This document shows, one piece after another, positions 63,235 to 64,000 of a stretch of 64,000 nt of DNA (the first letter of the stretch is position 1; every line of letters begins with the position of its first letter). Both the position numbers and the translations under genes were made by a program. The notes below the pieces were generated by a model that was not told where the DNA came from, searched no databases, and was given only the letters and a program-made list of their open reading frames with translations. Source of the DNA: Camelus dromedarius (lineage: Eukaryota); NCBI RefSeq assembly GCF_036321535.1, contig NC_087436.1:7812001-7876000 (forward strand), written 5' to 3'.

Positions 63235-64000
63235 AAATTAATGGCTTTTCAAAAAGTTACCCGATGATGTTTCTCACTTATCAAACCTCCAAATATAATT
63301 TAATTGTATGTTTAAAAGATTGGTGTTAGTTACAGTATAAATGCATTACTAGATTTTTCAAGGTAAAGATCACTTAATTTGGAGGAATAAGGAGCTATTG
63401 TGTTATAAAAATATGTATTTAAAGTTGTTTCTAGTCAATTTATATAAGCTAAAAATATATTCAGGTTAAAACAGAACGTCTGTCCAAACAGCAATTATCA
63501 ACTGGAGTAGGACAGCACATTTGAATAAAAGGTCTGGTAGATAACACATAATTTGAAAAAGCATTTTTTTATATTTTAGTATACATTATATCTAAGGTAA
63601 AAATACCTATTGTATTCAGATAGGAAGTATACAAAGCAAAGACAGAAATTTTTTTTTCTGCTATTAGGAATATACAAAATAATCAACACTTATCTTGAAA
63701 TATTTATACCTATTATTAAAAGAGAATATAGATTTTTAAAACATTTGAGAAATTTTGCATAAAAAGGTCAGTTATTTATAAAGTAGAAACCTGTGAAGTC
63801 TAAGAGAAACACAGAGATTTGCAGAATAGTGCTTTATTATAAGTTCTAGACGCTTGAGATAATTTTGAAAATAAATAACCAAACATTTGCAGAAGGGACC
63901 ACTAGCTCTCTTACTTGACTTCCTGTATTTCTTCTTTGCTCAAAATGTCTCAACTATTTTCCATCTCAACTTGAATTAATTTTTTAAAGTACTTTAAATT

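Noticed and set aside
1..64000. Host gene inferred from repeat orientation bias, or host coding exons
   Set aside because: Long L1s are mostly minus, but LTRs and short L1s occur in both orientations; candidate exons (e.g. ~14400-14548, ~42277-42435) gave no recognisable protein.

Overview
Mammalian, AT-rich, repeat-dominated genomic DNA with no recognisable intact host protein-coding gene or RNA gene. Two tRNA-Ala(AGC)-derived SINEs look like camelid Vic-1 and no Alu, Bov-A/BovB or PRE-1 was seen, so a camel or alpaca genome is likely (family names are from memory, not a database search). Main contents: (1) a full-length ~7.1 kb LINE-1 on the minus strand (47973-55055) with TSD, CpG-rich 5'UTR, ORF1, ~400-nt spacer and ORF2, carrying four disabling lesions. 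(2) A 2.8 kb internally deleted L1 with TSD. (3) A decayed ERV-L provirus (34941-39620) with a dUTPase remnant. (4) An ancient LTR element carrying a gamma-type env TM remnant, interrupted by a younger LTR that itself holds an L1 tail. (5) Many solo LTRs, truncated L1 tails with TSDs (one with a twin-priming inversion, two under 70 bp), L2, MIR and DNA-transposon fossils. (6) A repeat-poor stretch (~11.7-17.5 kb) with regulatory-looking motifs, including an 81-nt hairpin closed by two inverted octamers. I found no convincing wholly new multi-gene system; the best leads are the L1 spacer architecture, the env remnant and the hairpin.
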